A DNA stretch of 64,000 bases from Candidatus Bathyarchaeia archaeon (lineage in GTDB: Archaea > Thermoproteota > Bathyarchaeia > Bathyarchaeales > Bathycorpusculaceae): positions 80,758 through 144,757 of the forward strand of contig JBNIDQ010000006.1 in NCBI GenBank assembly GCA_050108135.1. The letters run 5' to 3'. The translations under genes were made by a program, and so were the position numbers. Below, in pieces: positions 28,102-39,301 of this stretch. The notes under the pieces are model-generated. The model was given only the letters and a program-made list of their open reading frames with translations. It did not search any database and was not told where the DNA came from. Each line of letters begins with the position of its first letter. The stretch's first letter is position 1.

Positions 28102-28308
28102 ATGGGTGGTTTGTTGAGTGAAGTTGAACTAGTGAAGATTAGTGTTAAACGTAAAAAGGGCAAGATTTTTTATGAAATTAATTGTGCCAAGGAAGTTACG
28201 GGTGAAGAGTTGGCGCATTATTTGGATGGAATAATTGAAGGTATCTGTAATTGGAAACCTGAGGTTTGCCAGGAAGCTGAGAAATCAGTAAGCGGTACAA
28301 TAAACTAA
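28102..28308 (+). CDS. Small hypothetical protein
   Basis: 68-aa ORF preceded by a TATA-like TTATAT; no family recognised. Confidence 0.45.
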   Translation: MGGLLSEVELVKISVKRKKGKIFYEINCAKEVTGEELAHYLDGIIEGICNWKPEVCQEAEKSVSGTIN

Positions 28309-28328
28309 AAACATCTAAAAATAACCCG

Positions 28329-28380
28329 CCTATTTGGCGCCTATTAGAAATAGTATGCAGAAACCTATAGGGGGGTAGGT
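28329..28380 (+). repeat. Dispersed intergenic repeat, copy 3
   Basis: CCTATTTGGCGCCTATTAGAAATAGTATGCAGAAACCTATAGGGGGGTAGGT. Confidence 0.85.
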
Positions 28381-28532
28381 AAAAACTAGGCTGTAGCTTC
28401 TACGGGATTGTTAAAAACTGCGCGCATTTGTTCGCCGCGCCACGGAAACTTGCTTGCTGTTATGTTGCCTGTTTTTGTAGTGTCGTTGTGGGTTGCTTGT
28501 CTGCTTTGTAGGAGAAAATTAATATGGTTTAG

Positions 28533-29579
<1,047 letters not shown>

Positions 29580-29640
29580 TCTGGGTTAAGCAATCAAACT
29601 TAAATAAAACCCTTTTTTCTTAACCCCTAAATCATCCCTA

Positions 29641-30903
29641 ATGGAGCGTGTGGCAAAAATGGTGAATTTCAAAACTTTAGACGACTTTGACGTAAAAAAC
29701 AAAACCGTGATTGTACGCGTAGACTTTAACTCTGAAATTGACCCACAAACAAAACAAGTCACAAATGACACCCGTATACGCGCCCACGCTTTAGCAACAC
29801 TTAACGAGCTTGCAGAAAAAGGCGCCAAAACCGTTGTCTTATCTCACCAAGGACGCAGGGGCGACCCTGACTACACCACCCTTAAAAGCCACGCAGAAGT
29901 TCTCCAAAAAATTCTCAACTGCCCTGTAAAATATGTTGATGACCTTTTCGGAGAAAAAGCCAAAAAAGCCATCAAACAGTTGCAGGGCGGAGAAATCCTT
30001 GTTTTAGAAAACGTCCGCAGCTGGGATGGAGAAACCAAAAAAGGAAGCCCAGAACAGCAAGCAAAAACCGCTTTGGTTCAAAATCTTGCTCCCCTTGTAG
30101 ATATTTTTGTCAGTGACGCTTTTTCTGTTGCTCATCGTGATAACGTTTCTATGGTTGGATTCACCGCAGTTTTACCAAGTGCTGCTGGAAGAATCATGGA
30201 ACGTGAATTAAAACATTTAAGCAAAGCCTTGGAAGACCCGCATCACCCATGCGTGTATGTTATGGGTGGAGCAAAAGCTGATGACAGCTTAGAAATCAGC
30301 AAATACATCCTAAGTAACGACGTAGCCGACCACGTCTTGTTAGGCGGAGTAACTTCACAACTTTTCATGGCTGCAAAAGGCGTCGATTTAGGCCAAAAAA
30401 CCATGGATTTCTTGGCAAAAAAGGAGCTCCTCAAATTCATTCCCGGAATACAGGCGCTTTTGGCAGAGCATCCAGAAAAAATCCTGCTTCCAATAGACGT
30501 CGCATTAGACGTCAACGGCAAACGCAAAGAAATCCCAACAAGCCAGTTGCCTTCTGACCACCCAATTTTTGACATCGGCACAAAAACCGTTCAAAAATAC
30601 GTAGACATAATCTCAACCGCCAAATCAATCGTTGTAAGCGGTCCACTTGGTGTTTACGAAAACAGCGAATTCTGTTACGGCACCAAAACCGTTTTTGAAG
30701 CAATCGCCTATAGTCACGCTTTTAGTCTTGCAGGTGGCGGAAACACGATTGCCGCAATTGACCAGTACGGCTTAACAGACAAAATCAGCTACATCAGCAC
30801 TGCCGGTGGAGCCTTGGTTGAGTTTTTGATGGGCAAAAAACTGCCGGGTGTTGTAGCGTTGGAGACGGCGACCACAAAAAAGGTTTACCCTATTCCAGCA
30901 TAA
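29641..30903 (+). CDS. pgk: Phosphoglycerate kinase
   Basis: VRVDFNS, LSHQGR, LENVR, DAFSVAH, MGGAK and YISTAGGA motifs. Confidence 0.96.
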   Translation: MERVAKMVNFKTLDDFDVKNKTVIVRVDFNSEIDPQTKQVTNDTRIRAHALATLNELAEKGAKTVVLSHQGRRGDPDYTTLKSHAEVLQKILNCPVKYVDDLFGEKAKKAIKQLQGGEILVLENVRSWDGETKKGSPEQQAKTALVQNLAPLVDIFVSDAFSVAHRDNVSMVGFTAVLPSAAGRIMERELKHLSKALEDPHHPCVYVMGGAKADDSLEISKYILSNDVADHVLLGGVTSQLFMAAKGVDLGQKTMDFLAKKELLKFIPGIQALLAEHPEKILLPIDVALDVNGKRKEIPTSQLPSDHPIFDIGTKTVQKYVDIISTAKSIVVSGPLGVYENSEFCYGTKTVFEAIAYSHAFSLAGGGNTIAAIDQYGLTDKISYISTAGGALVEFLMGKKLPGVVALETATTKKVYPIPA

Positions 30904-30934
30904 AGTTTTAAAAAATTGTTGAGAAAAAGAAAGT

Positions 30935-31414
30935 TTAGTAGTTTGTTTTGCGTGCTTTTTCAGTTTTACGTGCACGGTACAACACAAAACCAAATGATAC
31001 AATCAGTGTGATGACAACTACTACGATGATGATTACCACGAATGTTAAGGGGAAACCTACAAAGTTGGCTTGCCTCTCGTCAGTGGCTGTTTCGCCCTGA
31101 GAATTGTATGCTATCACTTTCATTGTGTGTGAGCCTTCAGTGTAGTTGCCAGTGTTAAAGTTCCAGCTAAATGGCGCAGTTGAATCGCTATGCTGAAGTT
31201 GGTCATCCATGAAAAATTCTACGTACTGAACATCTGAGGAGACATCTGTGTTTATTGTCCATTCACCGTTCATGTCTTTGCCTGCTCCGTAACCGTTGTT
31301 TTTGTAGAAACTTATGCTCAATGTGGGTTCTGCTTTAACCCCAATACTGGCTGCAGTAAATAATGCCGCTAAAACTAAAACAAGTAAACATGCAAACGCA
31401 TTAGTATTTTTCAC
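30935..31414 (-). CDS. Membrane-anchored protein with an Ig-like domain
   Basis: Signal peptide, VEFFMDD...APFSWNF.T...EGSHTMKVIAY (Big-like), C-terminal TM. Confidence 0.7.
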   Translation of the reverse strand: MKNTNAFACLLVLVLAALFTAASIGVKAEPTLSISFYKNNGYGAGKDMNGEWTINTDVSSDVQYVEFFMDDQLQHSDSTAPFSWNFNTGNYTEGSHTMKVIAYNSQGETATDERQANFVGFPLTFVVIIIVVVVITLIVSFGFVLYRARKTEKARKTNY

Positions 31415-31475
31415 TTCTAAATACGCCTCTTTTTTCCTTGGTATTTACTTGAAGTTAGCCTTAAATCTTTGGCAA

Positions 31476-32687
31476 CTAAGCCCTTTTTTTGGCGTTTGCT
31501 CTTTTGGATAGTAGGAAAATGACGCTTGAAACTACCAGTAACAGGCTTAGAGAAAAGAACAGTCCAAGGTAACGTAAGCTCGATGCGAAGATTACACCGC
31601 TTATTATTGGACCTAAAGTTTGGCCAATATCCATCATGGTTGACAGGAAACCCATTGAAGCACCCACCAAACCCGCAGGCACTAACTCGCTAATTAGCGG
31701 CGAAGTCGACGATAAAACAGCTGCAAACGCGACGCCATAAGCAACAATCAGCGTCAGCATCACAGGGAAAGAAGTGGTGAAAGGCATTGCAGCTACAATC
31801 AGGCAGCTTGCGATTATGCCTGTAACGATGGGTTTAGTTCTTCCGATTTTGTCTGAGACTCTCCCGATTAAGGGTCGGGCAATTACCAAAGAAATGATTT
31901 GGCTGCCAGTTATAACGCCGATAGAGAAAAGGTCTAAACCGGCAACGTCCTGCAAGTAGCCAACTAAGAAGAATTCGACTGAACCAAAAACGTAGTATTG
32001 AGTTGCCTGAACAAAACTTACGCCTAACACTCCTGAGTTTTTGATGAGTTCAAGCCACCCGCTAAACATTTTGCGTGCAGGCTTGGATTCACGAGAAACA
32101 ATCTGCGGAATATTCTTTCTTTCAGCAAGGAAGAATAGGGCTATAACAAATGCTGTTACGCCTGCGATGCCTACTGCAGTGTAAAGTGAGAAGAAGCTTT
32201 GGTCTGTTGCGAAAAGAATGTATCCGCCTAGAAACGGTGCTAAAGCTCTGCCTACTGCGGTTGCTGAATTGAATAGTGAAATGCGTTCTCCACGTTTGGT
32301 TGGGTATAATTCTGCTATTGACGCTTCAGCTACGGGGACAAAAATGGCTGTTGCAAACCCGTGGTAGAAACGTACAAGCGCCAACATCCACCAAGTAGAT
32401 ACGCCCAAGTACAGAAATGGTGCTGAAGCGAAAACAAAAGCTGCGAACAGTAAGACTTTGCGTCTGCCAAAAATGTCTGAAAGCGACGCAGCGGGCAGGC
32501 TGATTAGGATGCCGGGTATTGTTGATGCTGAAGCTACTATTCCAAGCAGGTCTGCTGGGGTGTCAAGGCTGGTTGCGAATGGTTTTAGGACTGGGTTTTT
32601 TGACATTGTGGAGCTTAGAATTGCAAATAAGCCCATTATGCAAATTATGATGAAGAAGGCTTTGACCTTCCAGTTCGCCTTAAGCAT
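31476..32687 (-). CDS. MFS transporter
   Basis: About 12 TM helices with SLSDIFGRR and RVSDKIGR motif A repeats. Confidence 0.93.
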   Translation of the reverse strand: MLKANWKVKAFFIIICIMGLFAILSSTMSKNPVLKPFATSLDTPADLLGIVASASTIPGILISLPAASLSDIFGRRKVLLFAAFVFASAPFLYLGVSTWWMLALVRFYHGFATAIFVPVAEASIAELYPTKRGERISLFNSATAVGRALAPFLGGYILFATDQSFFSLYTAVGIAGVTAFVIALFFLAERKNIPQIVSRESKPARKMFSGWLELIKNSGVLGVSFVQATQYYVFGSVEFFLVGYLQDVAGLDLFSIGVITGSQIISLVIARPLIGRVSDKIGRTKPIVTGIIASCLIVAAMPFTTSFPVMLTLIVAYGVAFAAVLSSTSPLISELVPAGLVGASMGFLSTMMDIGQTLGPIISGVIFASSLRYLGLFFSLSLLLVVSSVIFLLSKRANAKKRA

Positions 32688-32774
32688 CCTTAATCCTTTC
32701 CAGAACAGCCCAAATGGTGAATTTATTTTTTGTTTAACAAAGAAAGGGTTTGGATGGTGAATTAGGGTTTATGC

Positions 32775-33332
32775 TTATTGGCGTGCTTTTTGTGCTACCT
32801 CTTTTGTCCAGTTACGGATTTCTTCCCAATTCCTCAAATCATAAACTCCCTCTGGTGACTCGGTGAAGCCGTCTTTTTCAAGCTGTGGACGAATAGCTCC
32901 AAAGGTTTTCCGCGTTATAATGTTCATTTTGTTAAAGTTTAAAACTCCGCCAAAAAAGCCTGTAGCGATTGGGTTCAAACCGAACTTGGCAACTTTATCG
33001 TCAATCTCCATTTTTCTGTCTTTTTCAATTTGTTCAAGTTTGCCTTCCCGTTCAAGAACTGATTTCATTGAGGAAATAAACAGGGCAACTTTCTTTTGGG
33101 GTAGCTCGTTTTTGAATCTTTTAACGAAATCTTCAATTTCGCCAGTCCATTTTCCTAACTGTAAACCTGTCCCGATAACAATTAGTTCGTAGGGTGTTAT
33201 ATCTCTGATTTTTTCTTGTTTTGCATTAACGATTTTGACGTCGAAGCCTTCTGTTTGTAGGATTTTAGCTATTTCTTCTGAGGTAGTGGTGGTTGCTCCG
33301 TATCTGGTGCCGTAAACTAGTAGGGTTTTCAT
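32775..33332 (-). CDS. Flavodoxin-domain protein (HemG-like)
   Basis: LVYGTRYGAT, FFGG and DLRNW motifs. Confidence 0.85.
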   Translation of the reverse strand: MKTLLVYGTRYGATTTTSEEIAKILQTEGFDVKIVNAKQEKIRDITPYELIVIGTGLQLGKWTGEIEDFVKRFKNELPQKKVALFISSMKSVLEREGKLEQIEKDRKMEIDDKVAKFGLNPIATGFFGGVLNFNKMNIITRKTFGAIRPQLEKDGFTESPEGVYDLRNWEEIRNWTKEVAQKARQ

Positions 33333-33496
33333 TTTTGTACCAAGACTTAGTTAACTACTTCATGTTATAAGATTATTGACAAACCGTTTGTAATTCACTG
33401 CAGTGAGAACATGAAAAATGGTTTAGCGTTCGGTTAATAAAATAAGTAAGTTCTTAACAAATTAAACAGGAAGCACCAAAAAGGTGCAGATAAAAG

Positions 33497-33853
33497 GTGA
33501 AAGCAGTGAATAACGCAAACAGAAGTGTTATTGATAATAAAGTCTTAGATGGTTTGGCTTGGGGCTCATTTTTCATACTTTTGGGTCTGGTTTGGTTTGC
33601 ATCAACACTTTATTCAATTGACACAGGCGCGTATGTTGCTGTAGGTGTAGGCACTATATTAATCGCCATTAACGTTACACGGTTGGGCGTTGGCATTAAG
33701 GTTAGCAAGTTTAGCCTTTTCATCGGTGTTCTTGCTTTTGCTTTAGGTACTGGAGGCTTAATCGGGTACTCACTGCCGCTGGTGCCGTTGATTATTGTGC
33801 TCATCGGCATGTTCATCATCGCTGAAGGCGTGCAAAAAATAAGCCGCCAATAA
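33497..33853 (+). CDS. Hypothetical four-TM membrane protein
   Basis: 118-aa hydrophobic ORF. Confidence 0.7.
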   Translation: MKAVNNANRSVIDNKVLDGLAWGSFFILLGLVWFASTLYSIDTGAYVAVGVGTILIAINVTRLGVGIKVSKFSLFIGVLAFALGTGGLIGYSLPLVPLIIVLIGMFIIAEGVQKISRQ

Positions 33854-33887
33854 ACAGTGTTTTTTCCATAAAAAAGCGTGTTAGACT

Positions 33888-33930
33888 AAACCTAAGTATC
33901 CCTTAAGGGGGTAGGTGCTATTGGCTAAAA
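33888..33930 (+). repeat. Partial or interrupted copy of the dispersed repeat
   Basis: AAACCTA[AGTATCCCTTA]AGGGGGTAGGTGCTATTGGCTAAAA; the right half matches 52031-52059. Confidence 0.6.
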
Positions 33931-34010
33931 ATCACGCCAAAAACGGGCTGAACAACATTTAGGCTAAAAAAGAAAGAGAAGGGGAAACTGGTTAATTTGT
34001 GAACGTTACC

Positions 34011-34232
34011 TTACTTGCCCATGACTTTTTTAGCGGCAATCTCTATGTCTTCGGATTTGATGGTTTTTCGTCCAGCGTGCATGGCAAAATCAAGTGCTTC
34101 TTTAGCGATTTTTACACCTATTTCTTCGAGTGCTTTTGCGAGTTCTTTGGCTGCTGCTTCGCTAACGCGATCTGCTCCTGCTTTCTTGCATAATCTGTGC
34201 ATGGGGGCTACAGCTATTTCTAATTCAGTCAT
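34011..34232 (-). CDS. Archaeal histone (HMf family)
   Basis: [17 protein letters not shown]...L...LEE and [12 protein letters not shown] histone fold. Confidence 0.96.
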   Translation of the reverse strand: MTELEIAVAPMHRLCKKAGADRVSEAAAKELAKALEEIGVKIAKEALDFAMHAGRKTIKSEDIEIAAKKVMGK

Positions 34233-34381
34233 AACGACATCTCTGCAGCCTCTTTTTCTAATTAAAGCAATATTTAACCTTTGTTGTACGTTATTTCTTT
34301 AAATTACCCTTTTAACGGCGGGGTTGATGGGTAAATAGAAAAGTTATAAAAACGGTGCGCCGTTATTAGGCGCTGACAACA

Positions 34382-35173
34382 ATGAAACTAGTTGACGCAC
34401 ATATTCACCTTTCCGATGCAGAATACAATGGGCATTTAGATGAAGTGATAGCTGACGCTAAAACCGTTAAAATGTCTGCCTTAGTCACTAATGCAGTAGA
34501 CTTAAAAACATGCCAAAACGACATTAAACTTGCCGAACAATACCCTGACTTAGTTTTCCCTGCGCTCGGTATCCACCCATGGAACGTCAACTTCCTAAAA
34601 CAAGACGAGCTACAACAAACCGTAGACTTCATCCTTGAACAAAGCAAGAAAACACGTCTTGCAGCGATTGGCGAAATCGGATTAGATTACAAGTACGAAA
34701 CTATTTGGGAAAACCAAATGCTCGTCTTCGACAAAATGCTTCATTTAGCCGAACAACTTGACCTTCCAGTTATCATTCACTCACGAGGCACGACAGACAA
34801 AATAGTAGAGATGTTGCAGTCCTACAAAGTGAAACGTGTCTTGCTGCACTGGTTCAGCCACCCAATGGAAACCTTGAGTAAAGCAATAGACCAAGGCTAC
34901 TTCATTACTGAAGGACCACCAGTCGTTTACTCTAACGGCATCCGAGAAGTAGTAAAGCAAGCACCCTTAACTAACCTGCTAACAGAAACTGACGGTCCTG
35001 TAACTTATTGGAAGAAACCGTTCAATGGGCAACTCACAAAACCATCCTACATCAAAACAGTAGTGGAAGCTGTTGCTGAAATTAAAAACCTGCCAGTCGA
35101 AGAAGTCGCGGAACAGGTTGCTAAAAACTTTGAAGTGTTCTTTAACATCAAACTCAAAAACAACACGCCCTAA
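34382..35173 (+). CDS. tatD: TatD-family nuclease
   Basis: DAHIH, GIHPW, AIGEIGLDY, IHSRG, LLHWF and LTETDGP motifs. Confidence 0.93.
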   Translation: MKLVDAHIHLSDAEYNGHLDEVIADAKTVKMSALVTNAVDLKTCQNDIKLAEQYPDLVFPALGIHPWNVNFLKQDELQQTVDFILEQSKKTRLAAIGEIGLDYKYETIWENQMLVFDKMLHLAEQLDLPVIIHSRGTTDKIVEMLQSYKVKRVLLHWFSHPMETLSKAIDQGYFITEGPPVVYSNGIREVVKQAPLTNLLTETDGPVTYWKKPFNGQLTKPSYIKTVVEAVAEIKNLPVEEVAEQVAKNFEVFFNIKLKNNTP

Positions 35174-35305
35174 AACCATTTTTTCTTTTTCTGAATCCCT
35201 TTTGGGAGGCGTAAGCTTAAATTAAGCCTCTATTCTATTGAAACGTTGCTTCTACGCTTATAAGCGTCGGAGAAAACATAATCGTTGATAATCGGAGGAA
35301 TTTCA

Positions 35306-35539
35306 CTGGGAAAAGTAAAAACTGAACAGATAAAGAGAACCGGCAAAGAACTCATGACACGCTTTCCAAGCAAGTTCTCAAGCAACTTTGATGAAAACAA
35401 AAAAGTAGTTGACAGCTTAACTTCAGGAACAACTACACGTATCAGAAACAAAGTTGCTGGCTACATCACAAGAACTGTCGCGTTGTCAGAAGCTGGTTCA
35501 GAAATTGAAGTAGACACAGATGATTTAGAAGAAGAATAA
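35306..35539 (+). CDS. rps17e: 30S ribosomal protein S17e (probable CTG start)
   Basis: GKVKTEQIKR..KEL...F...F..NK.V...RIRNKVAGYITR. GGAGG lies 7 nt before the CTG at 35306; the ORF track uses TTG at 35285. Confidence 0.93.
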   Translation: MGKVKTEQIKRTGKELMTRFPSKFSSNFDENKKVVDSLTSGTTTRIRNKVAGYITRTVALSEAGSEIEVDTDDLEEE

Positions 35540-35542
35540 TAG

Positions 35543-35935
35543 TTGGAAAAGAAACACTCCATGATGGACCAATATAGGAAAGGCTGGGCATTTAGATATC
35601 TTCGTGAGGCAAAAGCTGAACTGGAAGCAGCCCGAAAAATGCCCTACATGGCGCCAAGCCTTGTTTTGGAAGCCATACGCAAAGCCCGAAACGCAATATA
35701 CTACAGTTTGGGTGAGCCTGCCTTTATTGAAATCCTTCTAAGAGAAGAAGTTGCAAAAAACCCTCAAACCAACGATTCAATCCTTAAATTTTTAATGGAA
35801 CTCGAAGGTATTGTACAGGCGCTTTCACAAGTTGAAGAAGTTAATAGTGACGTAATGATGAAACAAGCAGACACGCTTGTTAACGTGGCTACTGATATAG
35901 TTGAAACTTTGACTCAAGAAAAGTATCAACAATAA
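35543..35935 (+). CDS. Hypothetical helical protein, weak HEPN-like pattern
   Basis: WAFRYLREAKAELEAARK...AIRKARNAIY resembles HEPN N-terminal helices; the family call is tentative. Confidence 0.5.
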   Translation: MEKKHSMMDQYRKGWAFRYLREAKAELEAARKMPYMAPSLVLEAIRKARNAIYYSLGEPAFIEILLREEVAKNPQTNDSILKFLMELEGIVQALSQVEEVNSDVMMKQADTLVNVATDIVETLTQEKYQQ

Positions 35936-35997
35936 ATTTTTTAAAATCAAAACAATTTTTAAGTGACAACTTTACTCTCTCTTTACGAGAGCAGTTA

Positions 35998-36288
35998 GTG
36001 ATGGCTATAAATGTGAAATTTGTCGGCGCATTACGTCACGTAACAGGCAAACCAAAACTAACGATAGATTACTCGGTAAACTTTTCCGTAAAAGACTTAA
36101 TTAAAAAATTAGTTCAAGACCAGCCAGAAATAGAGGCCAGCATCGTTGACCAGCAAGCAGGTGGTGTTATGAAAACAAACGCGTTAATTCTTGTTAATGA
36201 CCGAGAAATCAGTGTTCTGAACGGTCTTGACACGCTGCTTTCAGACGGTGACGAAGTAGTGTTTATTCCAGTTGTACATGGAGGATAA
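35998..36288 (+). CDS. MoaD/ThiS-family ubiquitin-like protein (SAMP)
   Basis: VKFVGALR, LILVNDREI, LSDGDEVVFIP and a C-terminal VHGG. Confidence 0.92.
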   Translation: MMAINVKFVGALRHVTGKPKLTIDYSVNFSVKDLIKKLVQDQPEIEASIVDQQAGGVMKTNALILVNDREISVLNGLDTLLSDGDEVVFIPVVHGG

Positions 36289-37066
36289 AAACAAGTTGAT
36301 TACATTAACAAGTGATTTTGGTCTTGCAGACTCTTACGTTGCACAAATGAAAGGAGTAATCTTAAGCATAAACCCTTCATCCACCATAGTCGACATAACG
36401 CACGAAATTAGCAAGTTTAACATTCAAACAGGCGCTTTCATGCTGGCTTCAGCCGCGTCATGCTTCCCAAAAGGAACCGTACATGTTGCAGTCGTAGACC
36501 CTGGTGTTGGCACCAAACGGCGTGCACTATTAGTTACTACCAAGCAGGGCTACTTTGTTGGACCTGATAATGGCTTGCTGATTTTAGCCGCCGAACGTCA
36601 AGGAATAACTGGTATATACGAATTGACTAATCCAAAATACATGCTGCCAGAAATCTCGGGCACGTTCCACGGCAGAGATGTTTTTGCACCTGCAGCAGCT
36701 TACCTTGAAAAAGGTGTAAAACCCGCAAAGTTTGGTCCCAGAGTTGATGAGCCCGTAATACCTGAGTTTTTGCAGGTAAAACATGAAAATGGCTGTATTA
36801 TCTGCAGAGTTTTACACGTGGATACATTTGGTAATATAATAACTAACCTAAAGAAAGCTGACATACCCAGCGAAAACTTAAACATAACAATCCAAAACAC
36901 CCAACTAAAACTTAAACTCAAAAAAACCTATGGCGAAACCAAACCAAAAGATACCATGGCTCTTGTTGGCAGTCATGGTTTTCTTGAAATCGCTATTAAC
37001 CGGGGAAACGCTGCGGAAAAGTACAAAGCAAAAATGGCAACAGAAATCGTCATTAAACCCGCCTAA
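36272..37066 (+). CDS. SAM hydroxide adenosyltransferase / chlorinase-fluorinase family (DUF62)
   Basis: ITLTSDFG, VVDPGVGT.RR, GPDNG, TFHGRDVFAP and DTFGNI motifs. Confidence 0.93.
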   Translation: MYMEDKNKLITLTSDFGLADSYVAQMKGVILSINPSSTIVDITHEISKFNIQTGAFMLASAASCFPKGTVHVAVVDPGVGTKRRALLVTTKQGYFVGPDNGLLILAAERQGITGIYELTNPKYMLPEISGTFHGRDVFAPAAAYLEKGVKPAKFGPRVDEPVIPEFLQVKHENGCIICRVLHVDTFGNIITNLKKADIPSENLNITIQNTQLKLKLKKTYGETKPKDTMALVGSHGFLEIAINRGNAAEKYKAKMATEIVIKPA

Positions 37067-37102
37067 ACTAAAACAAGTATCGCCCGCCTATTTTTCTCTA
37101 GT

Positions 37103-37357
37103 TTACATTAGGAAGTAGGTGACTTTTCCTTTGTCTTTTTGATTAAGTTTTTGAATTATTTGGTTGCCAAACTTTTTGCAGCAGATACCTGATTTTTGGC
37201 AGTAATAACAAGATTCAGGGAGTAGAATAGTTATTTTGGTATCGCTTAAAAAATATCCAACTGTAAGTTTACATGTATCAGATTTTACATTAGCAATACC
37301 AAAAACATCGTCGTTTAAGTCGTATTTATTGTAGAATTCCAAAGGTTCTGCCACCAT
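37103..37357 (-). CDS. Small hypothetical protein
   Basis: 84-aa ATG ORF containing a CYYC...C motif in an AT-rich stretch. Confidence 0.45.
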   Translation of the reverse strand: MVAEPLEFYNKYDLNDDVFGIANVKSDTCKLTVGYFLSDTKITILLPESCYYCQKSGICCKKFGNQIIQKLNQKDKGKVTYFLM

Positions 37358-37446
37358 TCTCTTGATTTATCTAAAAGCTTCTTGAAACTTAAAAAATCGA
37401 GTTACTGTACAAACACAACAACTTGGTTTTAGAGCGGCATCAAAAA

Positions 37447-38799
37447 CTAAGCAATATTATTTCTAACTATTAGATTACTTGAGGACCCCACTACCTCAAT
37501 TTGAGGTATTTGGTCACCTTTACACACGTTACCTTCTATAAGTGCAGAAAAATAGTTACCCGTTTCTGTGTCTGGTTTACAAATTGCCTGGATCGCAGGG
37601 CCTTTGCAGTCCATTATTAAGTTACCCTTGACAAGTAAACCTGTAATTGGTTGATCTGTTGGGTCTATTTTGATGCCGACTGAATCACCGCCAGTTATTA
37701 TGTTGTCCGCAATAAGATAGCCTTTGCCTATAGCTCCTGATGCGGGTTTGCAGAATATTGTATCATTTTTACAGCCTTTGAAAGAATTATCTACAAAACT
37801 GCAATAGCTTCCAACACTGTTGATGCCACAGCCGCCGCATGATTCGAAAAGTGAGCCTCTGACATGAAGATAATTATTCTCAGCTTGATCTGAATATATT
37901 CCGTGACTTGGTTGATTTAGAAATTGGCAACTTGAAATTATTGTTTGGTTTCCCGGTTGGTGTGCATTAGAGCTTATGTAAACGCCATAGTTGCTTGCGT
38001 TATCGGTGCAGCCATCTATCTTTACTCCTTTCGAGCCAGAGTTTGAATAACCCGAGTTCCCACATTTCTCAGTGTAACAATCAGTAATTGATGCATAACC
38101 AACACCCTGCGTTATTTGAGCTTCCAAGGTAAAACCGTTGTTTGCAATCTCAATTGCTTGGCAGCCACTGAACACAACCACTTCGGTGGCGTCACTTACA
38201 CCTATGCCGAAACCGTTGCTGCCTATTCCATTGCCGACTCTGCCTGGGGTTCCACATTTTGTTACAAGACAACTCTCAAAATAACCATTAATAATATAAT
38301 CGGTGCCAATACCCGTCGCAGGAGTATCATGAACAAACAAATTGTGAAAAACACAGTTTTTCATCCATTGATTTCCTATGCCTTTTCGGTTATAATGATA
38401 ACCTGCCCGATTCATGTCTGTGCCATCTATTTCAAGGTCATAAATGTTAAATTCTGTTAATGGTGCTGTTTGAGAATAATATCCTGTTCCGTCAATGATT
38501 GCCTGATCTGTTTTTTTGTCAAATCCTTTAATTATTGTCTCGCCCCAGCCGCGTCCTTGTAGAGTTACTAAACTTTTAGGCTTTACGCCCAAACATTTGT
38601 AGTTGCCTTTATTGAAATCAACAACTCCTCCGCCTGCATTTTCCGCAGCCGAAATTGCATCATTAAGAGCTTTAGTGTCATCAGCAACTCCATCACCTAC
38701 TGCGCCAAAGTCGTTAACTGGAAAATGTATTGAAGAACGTGCATGCTCAAAACGCTTAATTTGGCTCATAAAATCACTAAAGTGATGTTTGATTTTCAA
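37447..38799 (-). CDS. Pectate-lyase/GH28-like right-handed beta-helix protein without signal peptide
   Basis: VNDFGAVGDGVADDTKAL...GG.V.F..G.Y N-terminal motif followed by parallel beta-helix repeats. Confidence 0.82.
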   Translation of the reverse strand: MKIKHHFSDFMSQIKRFEHARSSIHFPVNDFGAVGDGVADDTKALNDAISAAENAGGGVVDFNKGNYKCLGVKPKSLVTLQGRGWGETIIKGFDKKTDQAIIDGTGYYSQTAPLTEFNIYDLEIDGTDMNRAGYHYNRKGIGNQWMKNCVFHNLFVHDTPATGIGTDYIINGYFESCLVTKCGTPGRVGNGIGSNGFGIGVSDATEVVVFSGCQAIEIANNGFTLEAQITQGVGYASITDCYTEKCGNSGYSNSGSKGVKIDGCTDNASNYGVYISSNAHQPGNQTIISSCQFLNQPSHGIYSDQAENNYLHVRGSLFESCGGCGINSVGSYCSFVDNSFKGCKNDTIFCKPASGAIGKGYLIADNIITGGDSVGIKIDPTDQPITGLLVKGNLIMDCKGPAIQAICKPDTETGNYFSALIEGNVCKGDQIPQIEVVGSSSNLIVRNNIA

Positions 38800-38944
38800 A
38801 AATATTTTACTCTTTAAGCCTTATAATTGTATGTTGACCTGAAAGTTTCACTGAGTTGCTAAGCCCAAAACGTCCGCTTTCCAGAAGGTTAACCTTATTT
38901 AAAATGCCTTCATCTGTAAAAACCACAACAAAGAGGCAGCTGAC

Positions 38945-39301
38945 TTGACCCATAAACATGTCCTCAAAAAAACCCATATTTCGTTTATCGAGTTCGATGA
39001 TGTCTTATTCTCAAAAATGGGCGATTTAACTTATTATGGTGAAGGTAACTCTAAAGGAAGAAAGATGGAGTTTGATTTTGAGTATTGCCTTGACTGTTAT
39101 TTGCGTTTACTTGATGGCAAGCCGATTTTGACTAAAGGACTTTTTGACGAAGAACTCGAAAAATGGGTAACTGAAGCAAAAAACGGCTGTTACATAAAGT
39201 CTAAAGAAGTTACTGTGCAGCATTCTGACTATGAAATTCTTGAAAGATTAATCAGTGACGCTTTGGCACTTGGCGCATTAAAAACGAAATTGCTTAAATA
39301 A
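38945..39301 (+). CDS. Hypothetical protein
   Basis: 118-aa ORF (TTG start); no family recognised. Confidence 0.55.
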   Translation: MTHKHVLKKTHISFIEFDDVLFSKMGDLTYYGEGNSKGRKMEFDFEYCLDCYLRLLDGKPILTKGLFDEELEKWVTEAKNGCYIKSKEVTVQHSDYEILERLISDALALGALKTKLLK

